A DNA stretch of 49,861 nucleotides from a virus (IMGVR_UViG_3300020045_005736:1-49861), one strand, 5' to 3'; positions 18,788 to 29,246 are shown, counted from the stretch's first letter. Notes: generated by a model not told the origin, from the sequence alone. Program-made: numbers and translations.

Positions 18788-21700
18788 ATGCCTCTCTTTA
18801 CATTTGAGAATGAAGACCACCGCCGCCGTGTAGTTACCGCCGCGGGATATGACCCAGAGAAGTTCACATTTAATACCGAGTCTGGTATTGTAGAACCCTA
18901 CATTAAAGAAACTCCTACTATTTCTGCACCCCAAGTAGAAAATAGTGTTCCAGACTTTACACCAGTAGCTACTCCTGAAAAGTATTCTGGACCTGGAACT
19001 TTTATTCGCCACGCAGTTAGGTCTGCTCCCGCTGGTCTAGTTGGTCTTCCCGCCGGTATAGCTACAACACAAGCACTTGCGCCTTTTTTTGCTACCCCTG
19101 CAACAGCTTGGATTCCGCCGGTAGCGGGAATAGGTGTGGGTGTGGGAAGTGCATTACTTGCGGATAAGTTTATAGTCGATCCCGCGGTAAAGAAGTATGC
19201 GCCAGAGTTTCAGAAACAACTTATAGAAAGCCAACAAGAAGACCCTAATCAAGCATTTATAGGTCAACTCGCGGGTGGACTCATAACTGGTAAACCCTCA
19301 CTTACATCTGCTGTTTCCGCTGGACGAACACTTGGGAGACTGGGGCAAAAAGCGATTGGAGCGGAAATCCCCGCTATTGCTAGAGCTGAACTCGCTAATC
19401 TCGCAGATGTAGGTGTTGGTGGAGCTATTCCTGCGGGGCAAGAAACATATAATGCCTTAACGGGTGATGAACCCTTTAGTCTAGGTCAAGCGGCGGTCAA
19501 TGTGGGGAGTGGGCTACTTTTTAATAAGCTCAATCCTCTCGGACGTAAAATTGCTCGTGTTAAAGGACATGACGAGAGCTTTGACAATAGGCGTGTTCAG
19601 GACAAAATTGGTGATACTTTGGGTCGCCGCGTAGCAGGTGAATCGTCATTCGCTGAACTAGCTGCGAAGAAGCGTATCGAAGAAGAACTCCTCAATGCCG
19701 CTAAATATCTTGAAGAAAATCCCCTTGGACAAGACGCTCAACTTGCTAAAGTTTCTAAGAAATATGCCGACAAGCCCGAAGAAAAAGAAAAAGGCTTATT
19801 TGATGTTGCTGCGAGTGACGAAGGGCCACGTGTATATTACTCTCAGAAAGATAGCGGGAATAAGTATAGTGTCGAAGGACGACGATTCATAAATGATCTT
19901 AGGCAAGTATTCCCTGAGTTTGTCACTGAAAAGGGTAAACTCAAGACGGGAGGTATTTATGACGAAGATACACTTAGGGAGTTTCTGGACAAGAAACGCT
20001 ATGGAGAAGAGTTCGACGCGTATCAAGAAGCGAGAAAGGAACTAGCGGAATACAAAGAAAAGAAGAATTATGAAGAAGTTCATAAGCAACTGGGTGAACT
20101 CCTTGATGTTCGCCGCTTTGGAGACTACGAGAAAGAAGTCGCGCTGGTTAAGAAGATAAATGAGGACTTAGAACGCCGAGGATTAGCCGGGAAGAATAAA
20201 GAGAATTTAATTGTTCCCCAAGTCCAGAAACCCGTAGTCACTGAAAGTGTCAAAGCGACAAATGAGGCGACAAAGAAAGAGTCTAACTATCAGCTCTTTC
20301 GTGAGTTGATGAAGAAGGGAGATTTTAAGGCCGCGAGTGACATGGCTGACGAGGGCTTTCTAGCTCGGCTTCAAGCAGAGAGAAGAGGAGAGCCGGATGT
20401 TCCTTTTACAACTAAGACTAAAATAGAAACTGAACTTCCCACTAATCGTAATGCGATTGGGATGAAAGGAAAAACATTCTTTCAACCAGAATCATCCCTC
20501 AAGAAGCAAGCTGCGGTGACCGGAAAAGATAAGCGGCTGCGGCTCACTAAGTCACTTTACAACTTTTTCTCTGAGAATCTAGGACCGATACGAAATGTAA
20601 AACTAGAGCAAGGTGAATTACGAACAGATAGCGGTAAACCCATAAGTGGTATTGCATTTGCTCGCGACGGACTTAAAGCCGCTGTAGCAAAAATCAATCC
20701 AGAAGTCGCCGGGGCTGATACGCCGGGGCATGAGATGATACATTTGTTTTTGGATGACTTAAAGAGTTCGCCCAAAACGAGCGATAAGAAGCTCTGGAAG
20801 AATCTGATTGACAGCACAAATCGAAGTGAAGCACTTGCTAAGTATAACGAAGGACGAGAGACTAAAGTTGATGCGGATGAGTTTCTAGTCGAACGCACAG
20901 GACTAGAGACAGTTAAACAACTCCTTAATATCGACAGTAAGAACGGCACCTTTCGCCGTGGATGGGAGAATTTTATATCTGGCCTCAAAACTAAATGGAG
21001 CAAGAACGCAGATATAAGTGACTTTGAGAGGGTTTTATCTAATAAGTTCCTCAATGACCCATCTTTTGTTGAACGCTATGGCTCTGATAATTTTGTCCCC
21101 AAAACCAAACAAGTTGTCTCTGATGAGACTAAAAAACAGGAAGGAAGTGAGTTAAATGAGAGGATTCCGAATAGGCAAGAAAAAGAAAATGAGACTTCTG
21201 CGAGGGAGATTAGTGAAAGACCCGCAGAAGTTGAACGAGAGCCTTCGAGTGTTAGGCCAACGGACGACAGTATAGTTAAGGCTAAAGCTACGGGCGAAGA
21301 GACTAAGCCCGCTAAGTCTGACTATGACCAATATGTCGAAGTTCAAGGAAAGTTCCGAGAACTTATGAAACAAGGTAAAGGGCTAGAAGACCCTGAGATG
21401 CAGGCGTTGTGGAAAGAGAATGAGACGATTAAGAATAGACACGGGGGGATGCCGCCAGCGGCTCCTAAGCAAGAAGTAAAGACGCAAGAGAAGTCAACTT
21501 TAGTTGGGAAGAAATATCAAGAATCCTCTTCTCTTAGCGACCAAACCAATACACCTGAGTTTAAGAAGTGGTTTGGAGATAGTAAGGTGGTGGATAAGGA
21601 GGGACGACCGCTTAGGGTTTATCATGGGACGACCAAAAACTTTACTGCATTTCGTAAACAACCTAAGCGTGGTAATTTCTTTACTTCTGAGCCTGTAGGT

Positions 21701-24463
21701 GCTGATAGTTACACTCACGGCGATGGTGGTAATATCAAACCTGTTTATCTAAGCTTGAAGAATCCAGCCAAATACGAGGATTTGTCAGAACGAATGCAAT
21801 ATGACTTAAAACATAAGTCTGGCTACGAGAAAACTCAACGTGAAGTTTTTGAGTATCTAAGAGCAAAAGGTTATGATGGTTTTATCTGGGGACGTAACTT
21901 CATAGCTTTTGAACCAACCCAAATCAAATCTGCCACCGGCAATCAAGGAACATTCGACCCGACTAATCCTGATATTCGCTTTCAAGAATCGTCTTCTCTC
22001 GCCCAAGGCAAAACCCCCGAAGAGATACTAGCTAACTTCTCCACCGATAGTGATAATCCTATCTATCGCAAACAAAACATATTTCGCCGGACAATAAGTG
22101 AACTACCACTTAAAGCACCATTATTCTCTAGCGACCTAGATAAAGCCTCGATTCGTCTAGGCAAAAGTGGTGCCGAACTAGCTCCCGCACTCCGCGAAGT
22201 GTTTAACCTTACAGATGAATATTTAGGCAAATATAAGAATCCCACGATGGAAGCACTTAGGAAGTTGACACCGGATGAACGTGACGAATATCAACGTATT
22301 GCCCTAGCCTCTTCTCGCTCTGGCACAGACTATAGTGATCAAGCAAGTCCTAATGTAAAGATTGCTCTCGATGAAATCCGCAAAGTACTCACATCGAAAC
22401 AAAAAGATCAAATCGCCGCCGACCAACCTGTGCAAGAGTTTGTGCCTAATGGGAAAGGTGGATATACACTACAAATGCGTTTACCCAAGGTTAATCCCTT
22501 GTATCATCCTGAGGTCGTAGATGGGAAGAAGCTAGAGATACTTCTAAATGCACCGGGGAGTCAAGCCTTCGCTCAACTTAAGAATGATTTTGTCGAACAT
22601 ATAAAGACAAATTATGATTTATCTTCTAAAGAAGCACTTGAGCTATTTGAAGACCTAGTGGCATCTTACGGTGGTTCTATTCAAGCAAATCAAACACGTT
22701 TCGGTGCTGTAAATAAAGCCGAGGGTATTGGTCTCCCAGATTCTTGGATTGAGAAAGACCCTGTTCTAGCTTTAGACCGTTATTGGAAACGTACTGCTCG
22801 CGCAAGGGCATTTCATGACGCTATTCAAATTGACCCCAAGATGTTGTGGATGTTAGGATATAAAAAAGATGCCTGGGGGCGTCCTATTACTGAAGACCTA
22901 GTGGGGGAAGGATATAATAAAATCGCAGGTAATGAACATATCCGTCGAGTCATGGATATTATTCAAGGCCAAAACGTAAAGACTAATCCCACGCTAGACG
23001 CATATAGTAAAGTCGCGATTAATGCTATTCTCGGCCCACTAACAGGTATCAATGACGCCTTTGCCGCCCCGTTTCTCATGGCTAAATTTGCTCCTTCCAC
23101 TAGCGATGCATTGTTGGGTGCTATGAACGGAATTAAGAGTCTCTCTCAAAATATCCGTAATGCAAAATCCACTGGTCGTATTAAAGACCGGATTGCAGAC
23201 TTCGAGAATGTCTTTAGTGTAGATAATACTCATGTCGAAAATATAAGAAAACTCGGTGACGGACTTTCTAAAATTACAGGAAGAGCCAAGCTTGAAGAAT
23301 TTTCGCGCGGCATCAGCCAAGGCATGAGCGAGTATCTAGTGACTGTTCATCAGAAGCTCGCTGAGAATGGGAATGAAACTTCAGCGAAGTTACTTGACGG
23401 ATTAGCGAATGGCAAGAGTGGCCTAGATGTAAAAACCCTAGCGTCTCGTATGATGGACTTAACCCAGGGAACTTATGATCCACGGGGTCTTCCATCTTGG
23501 GCTATTGATAGTCAAATCGCTCCTATACTTAGGCTCGCTCGTTGGAACATCGAAAGTGCGAATAACTTCTACAAACATGTTCTACTTCCCGCGAAAGCCG
23601 GTAACTATACGCCACTTATCCTAACGATGTTTGGAGCCTCTGCTGGAGGACTTATACTTAAAGAACTCCGAGAAAAACTCTCAGGTAAAAAACTTAATAT
23701 TCCTTCTCTTCAAGAACTAAGTGCAAGTTCCCGCGGACTTGAGGGTAATATCCCCGCCGTCGCATATAACCTAATGGCCGGTCTTTCTTATATCGGCGCA
23801 CTTGGAACATTTGGGGAAATTGGTAAGGCCGGATTCGACATGGCGTTTAAGAATAAACCTCAAGGATATAACTATCCTCTCATTGAACTTCTTGGAGATG
23901 GTGTAGATAATATATCTAAAGCAGCGTCCGCACTTGCTAATGGGGAAGATATACTTAATGTATCTAAAACCTTTGCCGAGCAAACAATCCTCAACCAATT
24001 ACAAGTGGGGCGTATTGCTAAAAATCACTTTGAGAACGCGACGGGAGACATTGAACGGACTGGCCGGGACGAACGTCGAGACTTGAGAATGTATCGCATC
24101 GGAGAGGGGTTGCCATACGCTGCCCAAGCGGGTTCTAGCGGTTTTGACCCTTACACCGGGACAAACGTCCGCGAGTTCAAAAAGACCCCTGATTTCGCCC
24201 GTGCGCGCCAATTAACTCCCGCGCTCATACAAGAGGCCAAAGATAAATCTAAGGGCGATGTAGAAGAATATAGAAGAAAATTGAGTGGATATAAAAGAAA
24301 TGCCGTTCAGACATTCCCTTCGCCAGAATCAAACCCCAAGGGATTTGTGGACTACAAGAATTATCTTGAACGGCTACTAGGTAAGAAAGAAGCGGGAGAA
24401 CGAGTGAAGAAATATGTAAGAGAAAAGCAAATGAATAGAGCAAAGAATTTGCTTATTCCGTAA
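18788..24463 (+). CDS. Large internal virion / polyvalent protein with zincin-like (HEMIH) and ART-like domains
   Basis: 1891 aa; PGHEMIHLF; TPEFKKWFGDSKVVD..PLRVYHGT..PVYLSLKNP..GYDG..FEPTQIKSATGNQGTFD module. Confidence 0.75.
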   Translation: MPLFTFENEDHRRRVVTAAGYDPEKFTFNTESGIVEPYIKETPTISAPQVENSVPDFTPVATPEKYSGPGTFIRHAVRSAPAGLVGLPAGIATTQALAPFFATPATAWIPPVAGIGVGVGSALLADKFIVDPAVKKYAPEFQKQLIESQQEDPNQAFIGQLAGGLITGKPSLTSAVSAGRTLGRLGQKAIGAEIPAIARAELANLADVGVGGAIPAGQETYNALTGDEPFSLGQAAVNVGSGLLFNKLNPLGRKIARVKGHDESFDNRRVQDKIGDTLGRRVAGESSFAELAAKKRIEEELLNAAKYLEENPLGQDAQLAKVSKKYADKPEEKEKGLFDVAASDEGPRVYYSQKDSGNKYSVEGRRFINDLRQVFPEFVTEKGKLKTGGIYDEDTLREFLDKKRYGEEFDAYQEARKELAEYKEKKNYEEVHKQLGELLDVRRFGDYEKEVALVKKINEDLERRGLAGKNKENLIVPQVQKPVVTESVKATNEATKKESNYQLFRELMKKGDFKAASDMADEGFLARLQAERRGEPDVPFTTKTKIETELPTNRNAIGMKGKTFFQPESSLKKQAAVTGKDKRLRLTKSLYNFFSENLGPIRNVKLEQGELRTDSGKPISGIAFARDGLKAAVAKINPEVAGADTPGHEMIHLFLDDLKSSPKTSDKKLWKNLIDSTNRSEALAKYNEGRETKVDADEFLVERTGLETVKQLLNIDSKNGTFRRGWENFISGLKTKWSKNADISDFERVLSNKFLNDPSFVERYGSDNFVPKTKQVVSDETKKQEGSELNERIPNRQEKENETSAREISERPAEVEREPSSVRPTDDSIVKAKATGEETKPAKSDYDQYVEVQGKFRELMKQGKGLEDPEMQALWKENETIKNRHGGMPPAAPKQEVKTQEKSTLVGKKYQESSSLSDQTNTPEFKKWFGDSKVVDKEGRPLRVYHGTTKNFTAFRKQPKRGNFFTSEPVGADSYTHGDGGNIKPVYLSLKNPAKYEDLSERMQYDLKHKSGYEKTQREVFEYLRAKGYDGFIWGRNFIAFEPTQIKSATGNQGTFDPTNPDIRFQESSSLAQGKTPEEILANFSTDSDNPIYRKQNIFRRTISELPLKAPLFSSDLDKASIRLGKSGAELAPALREVFNLTDEYLGKYKNPTMEALRKLTPDERDEYQRIALASSRSGTDYSDQASPNVKIALDEIRKVLTSKQKDQIAADQPVQEFVPNGKGGYTLQMRLPKVNPLYHPEVVDGKKLEILLNAPGSQAFAQLKNDFVEHIKTNYDLSSKEALELFEDLVASYGGSIQANQTRFGAVNKAEGIGLPDSWIEKDPVLALDRYWKRTARARAFHDAIQIDPKMLWMLGYKKDAWGRPITEDLVGEGYNKIAGNEHIRRVMDIIQGQNVKTNPTLDAYSKVAINAILGPLTGINDAFAAPFLMAKFAPSTSDALLGAMNGIKSLSQNIRNAKSTGRIKDRIADFENVFSVDNTHVENIRKLGDGLSKITGRAKLEEFSRGISQGMSEYLVTVHQKLAENGNETSAKLLDGLANGKSGLDVKTLASRMMDLTQGTYDPRGLPSWAIDSQIAPILRLARWNIESANNFYKHVLLPAKAGNYTPLILTMFGASAGGLILKELREKLSGKKLNIPSLQELSASSRGLEGNIPAVAYNLMAGLSYIGALGTFGEIGKAGFDMAFKNKPQGYNYPLIELLGDGVDNISKAASALANGEDILNVSKTFAEQTILNQLQVGRIAKNHFENATGDIERTGRDERRDLRMYRIGEGLPYAAQAGSSGFDPYTGTNVREFKKTPDFARARQLTPALIQEAKDKSKGDVEEYRRKLSGYKRNAVQTFPSPESNPKGFVDYKNYLERLLGKKEAGERVKKYVREKQMNRAKNLLIP
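21517..21999 (+). repeat. 18-bp direct repeats bounding the ART-like domain
   Basis: TCAAGAATCCTCTTCTCT (21517-21534) and TCAAGAATCGTCTTCTCT (21982-21999), one mismatch, same frame (QESSSL). Confidence 0.8.
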
Positions 24464-24466
24464 TGT

Positions 24467-24670
24467 TCACTTAATACTCCAGATTAAGTCTGGCTTCTCT
24501 TCTTTTAGTGCAGAGAGACTATTCTCAATATAGTGTTTTAGTTTTATATCTCGTTTATCTGTCTCGTGATACCACCAGTGTAGGTAAGAGACTGGAACAT
24601 CTTGAAGCATTTCGTTTTTGAACTTGCCAAAGTTCATCAGGTCATCATCATTGTATGCTGGTTGTTTCAC
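24467..24670 (-). CDS. DUF3820-like small protein
   Basis: MNFGKFKNEMLQDVPVSYLHW matches the MxFGKxKG..DVP..YL.W pattern. Confidence 0.7.
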   Translation of the reverse strand: MKQPAYNDDDLMNFGKFKNEMLQDVPVSYLHWWYHETDKRDIKLKHYIENSLSALKEEKPDLIWSIK

Positions 24671-24673
24671 AGC

Positions 24674-24928
24674 TCAATCTCCTGAAGTGCTTGCACTTAG
24701 GTTCGCCTCAGTCTCAAGTCTCTTTATCTCGTCACTTAAATACCATATCGCTTTCTTCAAATCCTCTATCTCTCGGCCCTTTTCCGCAGCTCGCCAAATA
24801 TATTTAATTGCGTTACCACGATTGAAGTTAAAGTGGCGAGTGATAGTTATACATTCCACACCTGATGGATGCGCTTTGTAGTGGGGAGGATGATTAACAA
24901 CGTCGAGTGTATTATTTTCTGTAGTCAT
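24674..24928 (-). CDS. DUF3310 family protein (T7 gp1.7-related)
   Basis: VNHPPHY..ECI..FNRGNAIKYIWRA..K..EDLKKAIWYL. Confidence 0.85.
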   Translation of the reverse strand: MTTENNTLDVVNHPPHYKAHPSGVECITITRHFNFNRGNAIKYIWRAAEKGREIEDLKKAIWYLSDEIKRLETEANLSASTSGD

Positions 24929-24934
24929 AATTAT

Positions 24935-25222
24935 TTATTTCCTTTTTATCGAAAGTCCACTTATCACAAACCCATTTGTCCCAAACTTCTTAAACACCCG
25001 ACTACTCTCAGGCGACGGATAGAAATCTAGCACCCCTATTCCTTCGATTTGGACGTTGAGAATTAACGACTTATCTTGTTGGGGAGCAAGTTGGAGATTA
25101 GGGACGATGAGGAAAATAATAAAAAGTATCGCGCAACCAAGTGCAATGCCTTTACAGAATACTTCTATTTTTTCTTGCTTTAGTTCTTCTTCGGTTTTAT
25201 AGATTGGGATATTCATAATCAC
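24935..25222 (-). CDS. Hypothetical membrane protein
   Basis: Single TM segment. Confidence 0.5.
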   Translation of the reverse strand: MIMNIPIYKTEEELKQEKIEVFCKGIALGCAILFIIFLIVPNLQLAPQQDKSLILNVQIEGIGVLDFYPSPESSRVFKKFGTNGFVISGLSIKRK

Positions 25223-25884
25223 TTACTCATCTCGTCGATGATTGGTTGGAGGTTTGCGTGAGAATAGGAAGGGGATAGATACTTTACAGCTTGCTCTGGA
25301 GTTTCATTTTTGTAGTAAATACGCTTGTAAAGAGTAAAGTAATTTACTTTCATTTTACGAGCTAAGTCTTTTAGATATACTTTACTGCCTTCAAACTCAA
25401 CATACTTAGAATTTCTTCTGTTTCTTATGTTGAGAGTTAGTGTTGTCCACTCACAATTTTCTTTGCAGTAATCTTTGTCGTTATCAATTCTGTTGAGTTC
25501 CATTCCAAATGGTGGTCCTCCCATATCTTCAAGAAAATTTTCAAACGTATTCCATCTCTCGCAGACTTTTATTCCTCTGCCTCCATAATCAGCATATCCT
25601 GCTGTTGATGGATATAAGCATCTAGCCCGCATATTTATCCAGCATTGATAAACTTTAGATTCATTATTTCTTGAAGATTGCCCGTGCGTTTTGTTTCTAG
25701 CTATTGTCAATTCTGAATGTAGACAGCCACAAGATTTAGATAAACCTCTCAGCACATTTCTACCATTAACTTCTGTTTCAGTTCCACAAGAACATCGACA
25801 TAAATAGTAATGCTGACTACCAATTTTACGCACAAATTTAAGTGCTGTCCATCTATTGTATTGCTTGTTAATTTCTAGCTTCAT
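25219..25884 (-). CDS. HNH-type homing endonuclease
   Basis: CRCSCG..SKSCGC..YGGRGIKVCERW..FENFLEDMG..RIDNDKDYCKENC. Confidence 0.8.
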   Translation of the reverse strand: MKLEINKQYNRWTALKFVRKIGSQHYYLCRCSCGTETEVNGRNVLRGLSKSCGCLHSELTIARNKTHGQSSRNNESKVYQCWINMRARCLYPSTAGYADYGGRGIKVCERWNTFENFLEDMGGPPFGMELNRIDNDKDYCKENCEWTTLTLNIRNRRNSKYVEFEGSKVYLKDLARKMKVNYFTLYKRIYYKNETPEQAVKYLSPSYSHANLQPIIDEMSK

Positions 25885-26501
25885 AATTCTTTAATTATTT
25901 TGTCTAGTTGTGGCGGATTGAAACTAGGACTCTTGATTACTTTGCCGTCTTTGTTTTTTACAATATACTTCTGTAAGTGTGTAAATCCAATGGCATCTCT
26001 TGTATGATTATAAATTTCGTAATCATCGTGAACTTCTCCGTTAGGTTTAATTAACTTCTGAGTTTCTTCGTAAGACCACATCTTACTATTATTACTTCTC
26101 ATCACTTCATCGAAGAGGGGGTCATTATTCTGGATACTTAGAGGGCCTTTGTAGTTCTTGTAGTCAATAAGCCCACAAGCCACCAATGTCCCCTCAGTCA
26201 CAACCTTTAAGTCCTCGCAGCCGTCGGCGATTTCGGCTAAAGATATTTTATTATCGACATAGCTGTCACGACTTGTGAAGTCATACGTATCAAAGGCTGG
26301 AACATAGTTCCATTGATAGCCATCTTTCTTTCCTATGAAAGAGATGAAGAAACCTAGAGCGTGTATTGTTTCCATAGCCTCCTCCAATATCAACTTCGCC
26401 CTCAACTTCCTAACTTCTAGTGAGGGTATGCAAGGTTTATCTGGTGTCTCTTGGCCAAATGCAGTCATCCAATCTCGTACTTGTTTTTGATCGTTTGTCA
26501 T
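25881..26501 (-). CDS. MazG-like / PRA-PH nucleoside triphosphate pyrophosphohydrolase
   Basis: LRAKLILEEAMET..EIADGCEDL..FDEVMRSNNSK..DGKVIKS. Confidence 0.8.
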   Translation of the reverse strand: MTNDQKQVRDWMTAFGQETPDKPCIPSLEVRKLRAKLILEEAMETIHALGFFISFIGKKDGYQWNYVPAFDTYDFTSRDSYVDNKISLAEIADGCEDLKVVTEGTLVACGLIDYKNYKGPLSIQNNDPLFDEVMRSNNSKMWSYEETQKLIKPNGEVHDDYEIYNHTRDAIGFTHLQKYIVKNKDGKVIKSPSFNPPQLDKIIKEL

Positions 26502-26695
26502 AGTTTTATTAGTTTATTTCCAAGTTGACACTTAACACACACATATCGTTCTTGTTGCAAACTACTCGTACTTATCTTACTCACGTAGCGTGTCCGTCGC
26601 CCACACGTAAAACATCGCCTTTTCTCAAGCGCGAGATAAACACAGAAGAACCATCCAAAAATCGCCCAAAATCCATAAAGTAAAAATGAGTTCAT
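26498..26695 (-). CDS. Small TM plus Zn-ribbon protein
   Basis: Hydrophobic N-terminus, CFTC...CVKC. Confidence 0.5.
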   Translation of the reverse strand: MNSFLLYGFWAIFGWFFCVYLALEKRRCFTCGRRTRYVSKISTSSLQQERYVCVKCQLGNKLIKL

Positions 26696-28200
26696 TTAAG
26701 TTTATATGCAGCTTTCCCGTCCACATTAGTATTAACTATCATCTCACTTTGTGTCATAAACATAAACACTTTATCTATCTCTTCAATGTCGAGCTCCCCA
26801 ATAAATTCTAACTTGAGCTTCTGTCGCGTCGTTGCTCCGTGTATTTGTAAGTAGTTCTTTATCCCCTCCATCACCGTAGCTTGTGGATTCTCCCCAGACA
26901 AACATAATGCCTTGTGCATATCTATCTCAATTCGCTCAAGTAATATCTTTGCCATTTCAAGGTCACGTACACCTATCACTGGGTTCATATTCTCCGCAAA
27001 GTGTATTGCTATCGCGAGTTTTTGCACATGGGCATTTTTACGCGAGTAATAATCCGCGAGTTTTCCATGCTCATTCTTCTTATCTATATCGAATCGTGGT
27101 GAATGTTTATCTAGCCACGCATTCGCCTCATTCGTAAAGCTCACTTCACAAGCTTTCATTTTACACAAGTCGCGCAAATACTTTTTAAGATGCTCACCCT
27201 CATTCCGTTGCTCGTCACTTTCGACTATACGCGCGCTATATTTCCTCTTTGCCGGGGTATAAAGAAATAAGCAACGTCCTGTAAATCCCGTATCAAACAC
27301 GCGCGTTCGTGTCAAGTCTTTCATCACTTCTGGTGCCGCACAACCTAGAAGATTAACACAGATATTCTTAATCGTAATTACCCCGTGCTTAATCGTATCT
27401 CCTTCAAACTTATCACAATCCCACGCTGTATTTAGAAAGCTCACTACGCGCTTAGTGTTTTCTGTAAATAACATTCCTAATTCGTCAGCAAGACAGAATG
27501 TAGTTGACGAATGTGAATAGTATTTCGGGTACCCCTTTGCAATTGTTTCATCACTGACTAGATTGCTGTTTGAGGACGCCGCCGCACGTAAAACTAGTTT
27601 TTCAAATGTGATAGTGTCGGGACCGAGATTTAGCATGGGGACTTCTTCAAGTTTATCGACTCCATTAATTCGCACTTTCTTAGTCTCGACTAGGCTCTTA
27701 AGAAATGTCCCACTTACTTTCGCCGCTAGACTTTTACCTAGTCCTGGCCCACCTACAAATATCGCAAATTGATTAGGATATAATCTAAATTGTCCTTGTC
27801 CTCCTATCCACACTTTCCGCGCAAGACACGCTGCGATAGTGAAGTAAAATGAATAATCTATAAATCTATCATCTGATGGGAGGTCTTTACAAATATATCT
27901 ATATCGCTCAAGATTTGTGGGAAAAAGCGACGGTGTAAGGGGCGGTTTTCGCTTGAGTAAAATTGCCTCCAATTCATTTTGCTCGTTCTCTTCTGACGGT
28001 TTACTTTCATTTTTAGTAAGTGAAGTTGCAGAGCTTTGGCTGACGCCGGAGCTGGTGCGGAGGGTTAGAGGTGATGGGCGAAGACTTGAGAAATCGAGAG
28101 TCTGATATTGTTCAGTAATCAAATCATTTAGCGCGTCATAATCCTTATTAGAGTCTGACATAGTGGTGGAGGAGCTATTGCTAGATGACAAGGTAAGCAT
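26692..28200 (-). CDS. DUF3987-like P-loop ATPase, putative replicative helicase
   Basis: Walker A GGPGLGKS, Walker B CLADE, 'GFTGRCLF'; true start may be 28161. Confidence 0.7.
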   Translation of the reverse strand: MLTLSSSNSSSTTMSDSNKDYDALNDLITEQYQTLDFSSLRPSPLTLRTSSGVSQSSATSLTKNESKPSEENEQNELEAILLKRKPPLTPSLFPTNLERYRYICKDLPSDDRFIDYSFYFTIAACLARKVWIGGQGQFRLYPNQFAIFVGGPGLGKSLAAKVSGTFLKSLVETKKVRINGVDKLEEVPMLNLGPDTITFEKLVLRAAASSNSNLVSDETIAKGYPKYYSHSSTTFCLADELGMLFTENTKRVVSFLNTAWDCDKFEGDTIKHGVITIKNICVNLLGCAAPEVMKDLTRTRVFDTGFTGRCLFLYTPAKRKYSARIVESDEQRNEGEHLKKYLRDLCKMKACEVSFTNEANAWLDKHSPRFDIDKKNEHGKLADYYSRKNAHVQKLAIAIHFAENMNPVIGVRDLEMAKILLERIEIDMHKALCLSGENPQATVMEGIKNYLQIHGATTRQKLKLEFIGELDIEEIDKVFMFMTQSEMIVNTNVDGKAAYKLK

Positions 28201-28211
28201 GGAGAAAGAGA

Positions 28212-28601
28212 TTAAATTATCGGTGCATCAAGAATAGACTTAGACGAAATAGACGAAAGAGACGGCTCGCTTCTATCGCGAGGTTCATAGCGACCCATTG
28301 AAGCATAAGGTTCAGCCGCATAATCTATTCCTGCGAAATACGTTGCAGGAGATTTTCTGTGCATTTGTCTTGTCATCTGTATTTCTGTTGCTGTTAGTCT
28401 AGTATCTGAAGATCCTTTTACAATCTCTTGCAGACGCCTATATAAAAGATTAATACACCTTTTCGTCGTGTCTTCTTTGTATTTTGGTTCCGGAAACTTC
28501 AGCAGTTCCCCCATCTCAAACGTGACATGAATCGCACCTGCGCTAAACATATCGGTTGTTTCCTTGACCGTGACCATCTTTGCAAAATCTTGTAAACTCA
28601 T
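28212..28601 (-). CDS. Hypothetical protein
   Basis: ORF in tightly packed operon. Confidence 0.5.
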   Translation of the reverse strand: MSLQDFAKMVTVKETTDMFSAGAIHVTFEMGELLKFPEPKYKEDTTKRCINLLYRRLQEIVKGSSDTRLTATEIQMTRQMHRKSPATYFAGIDYAAEPYASMGRYEPRDRSEPSLSSISSKSILDAPII

Positions 28602-28855
28602 TCCACAAACTCCTTTCCGAAGAAATTACTCCAATTAGTATACACTTTAACTTCTGGAATACTCTTCTGTTGCTTTGTTATATTGCCTATTCCTACTCCG
28701 TCTAACTCAGGTGATGTAATAATCCATGCGTCTTTTTGCTCGTTCTTAATCACAAGTCTATCTACCGTGTGACCGTTGTCTTCGAGCTTTTCGACATGGG
28801 GATTGTTAATTCCTTTCTTTGCTTCATCCTCGGTTTCTATTAATATGATGTTCAT
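28598..28855 (-). CDS. Hypothetical protein
   Basis: ORF in tightly packed operon. Confidence 0.5.
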   Translation of the reverse strand: MNIILIETEDEAKKGINNPHVEKLEDNGHTVDRLVIKNEQKDAWIITSPELDGVGIGNITKQQKSIPEVKVYTNWSNFFGKEFVE

Positions 28856-28859
28856 ATAT

Positions 28860-29246
28860 CTACATTAGTTTTACCCATCCGTTTGGTAACTGACAGTTAG
28901 CTGGCAACTCAACAAACATCGGTGCAATCTCTTTATCATCGTAGCCAGCATAGCCACAACCTATACGAGTAATAAGGAAATATCGTTCTGGATTTTCCGC
29001 AGCAAACTTTTTGAATCTATCTACGTAAAATTTTATCAATTTAAGTTCAAGTGTCCTCAACCACTTATCTTTTGTGGGTATTCCATAGGATTGTCCTTGC
29101 AATCCTTCGCCTTGATATAGTTTTGCACCCCAATGCTCAAGTGCAGCTTTGGCCGCTCCGGCTCCATGAAATCCTCCAGTGTTTGAACCAAAAACAAGAA
29201 TATTTTTGCCATCATTAAAGGACTTATCGTAGTATTGTATATTCAT
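28860..29246 (-). CDS. A1S_2505-like phage non-structural protein
   Basis: VFGSNTGGFHGAGAAKAA..GEGLQGQSYGIPTK..TRIGCGYAG. Confidence 0.75.
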   Translation of the reverse strand: MNIQYYDKSFNDGKNILVFGSNTGGFHGAGAAKAALEHWGAKLYQGEGLQGQSYGIPTKDKWLRTLELKLIKFYVDRFKKFAAENPERYFLITRIGCGYAGYDDKEIAPMFVELPANCQLPNGWVKLM

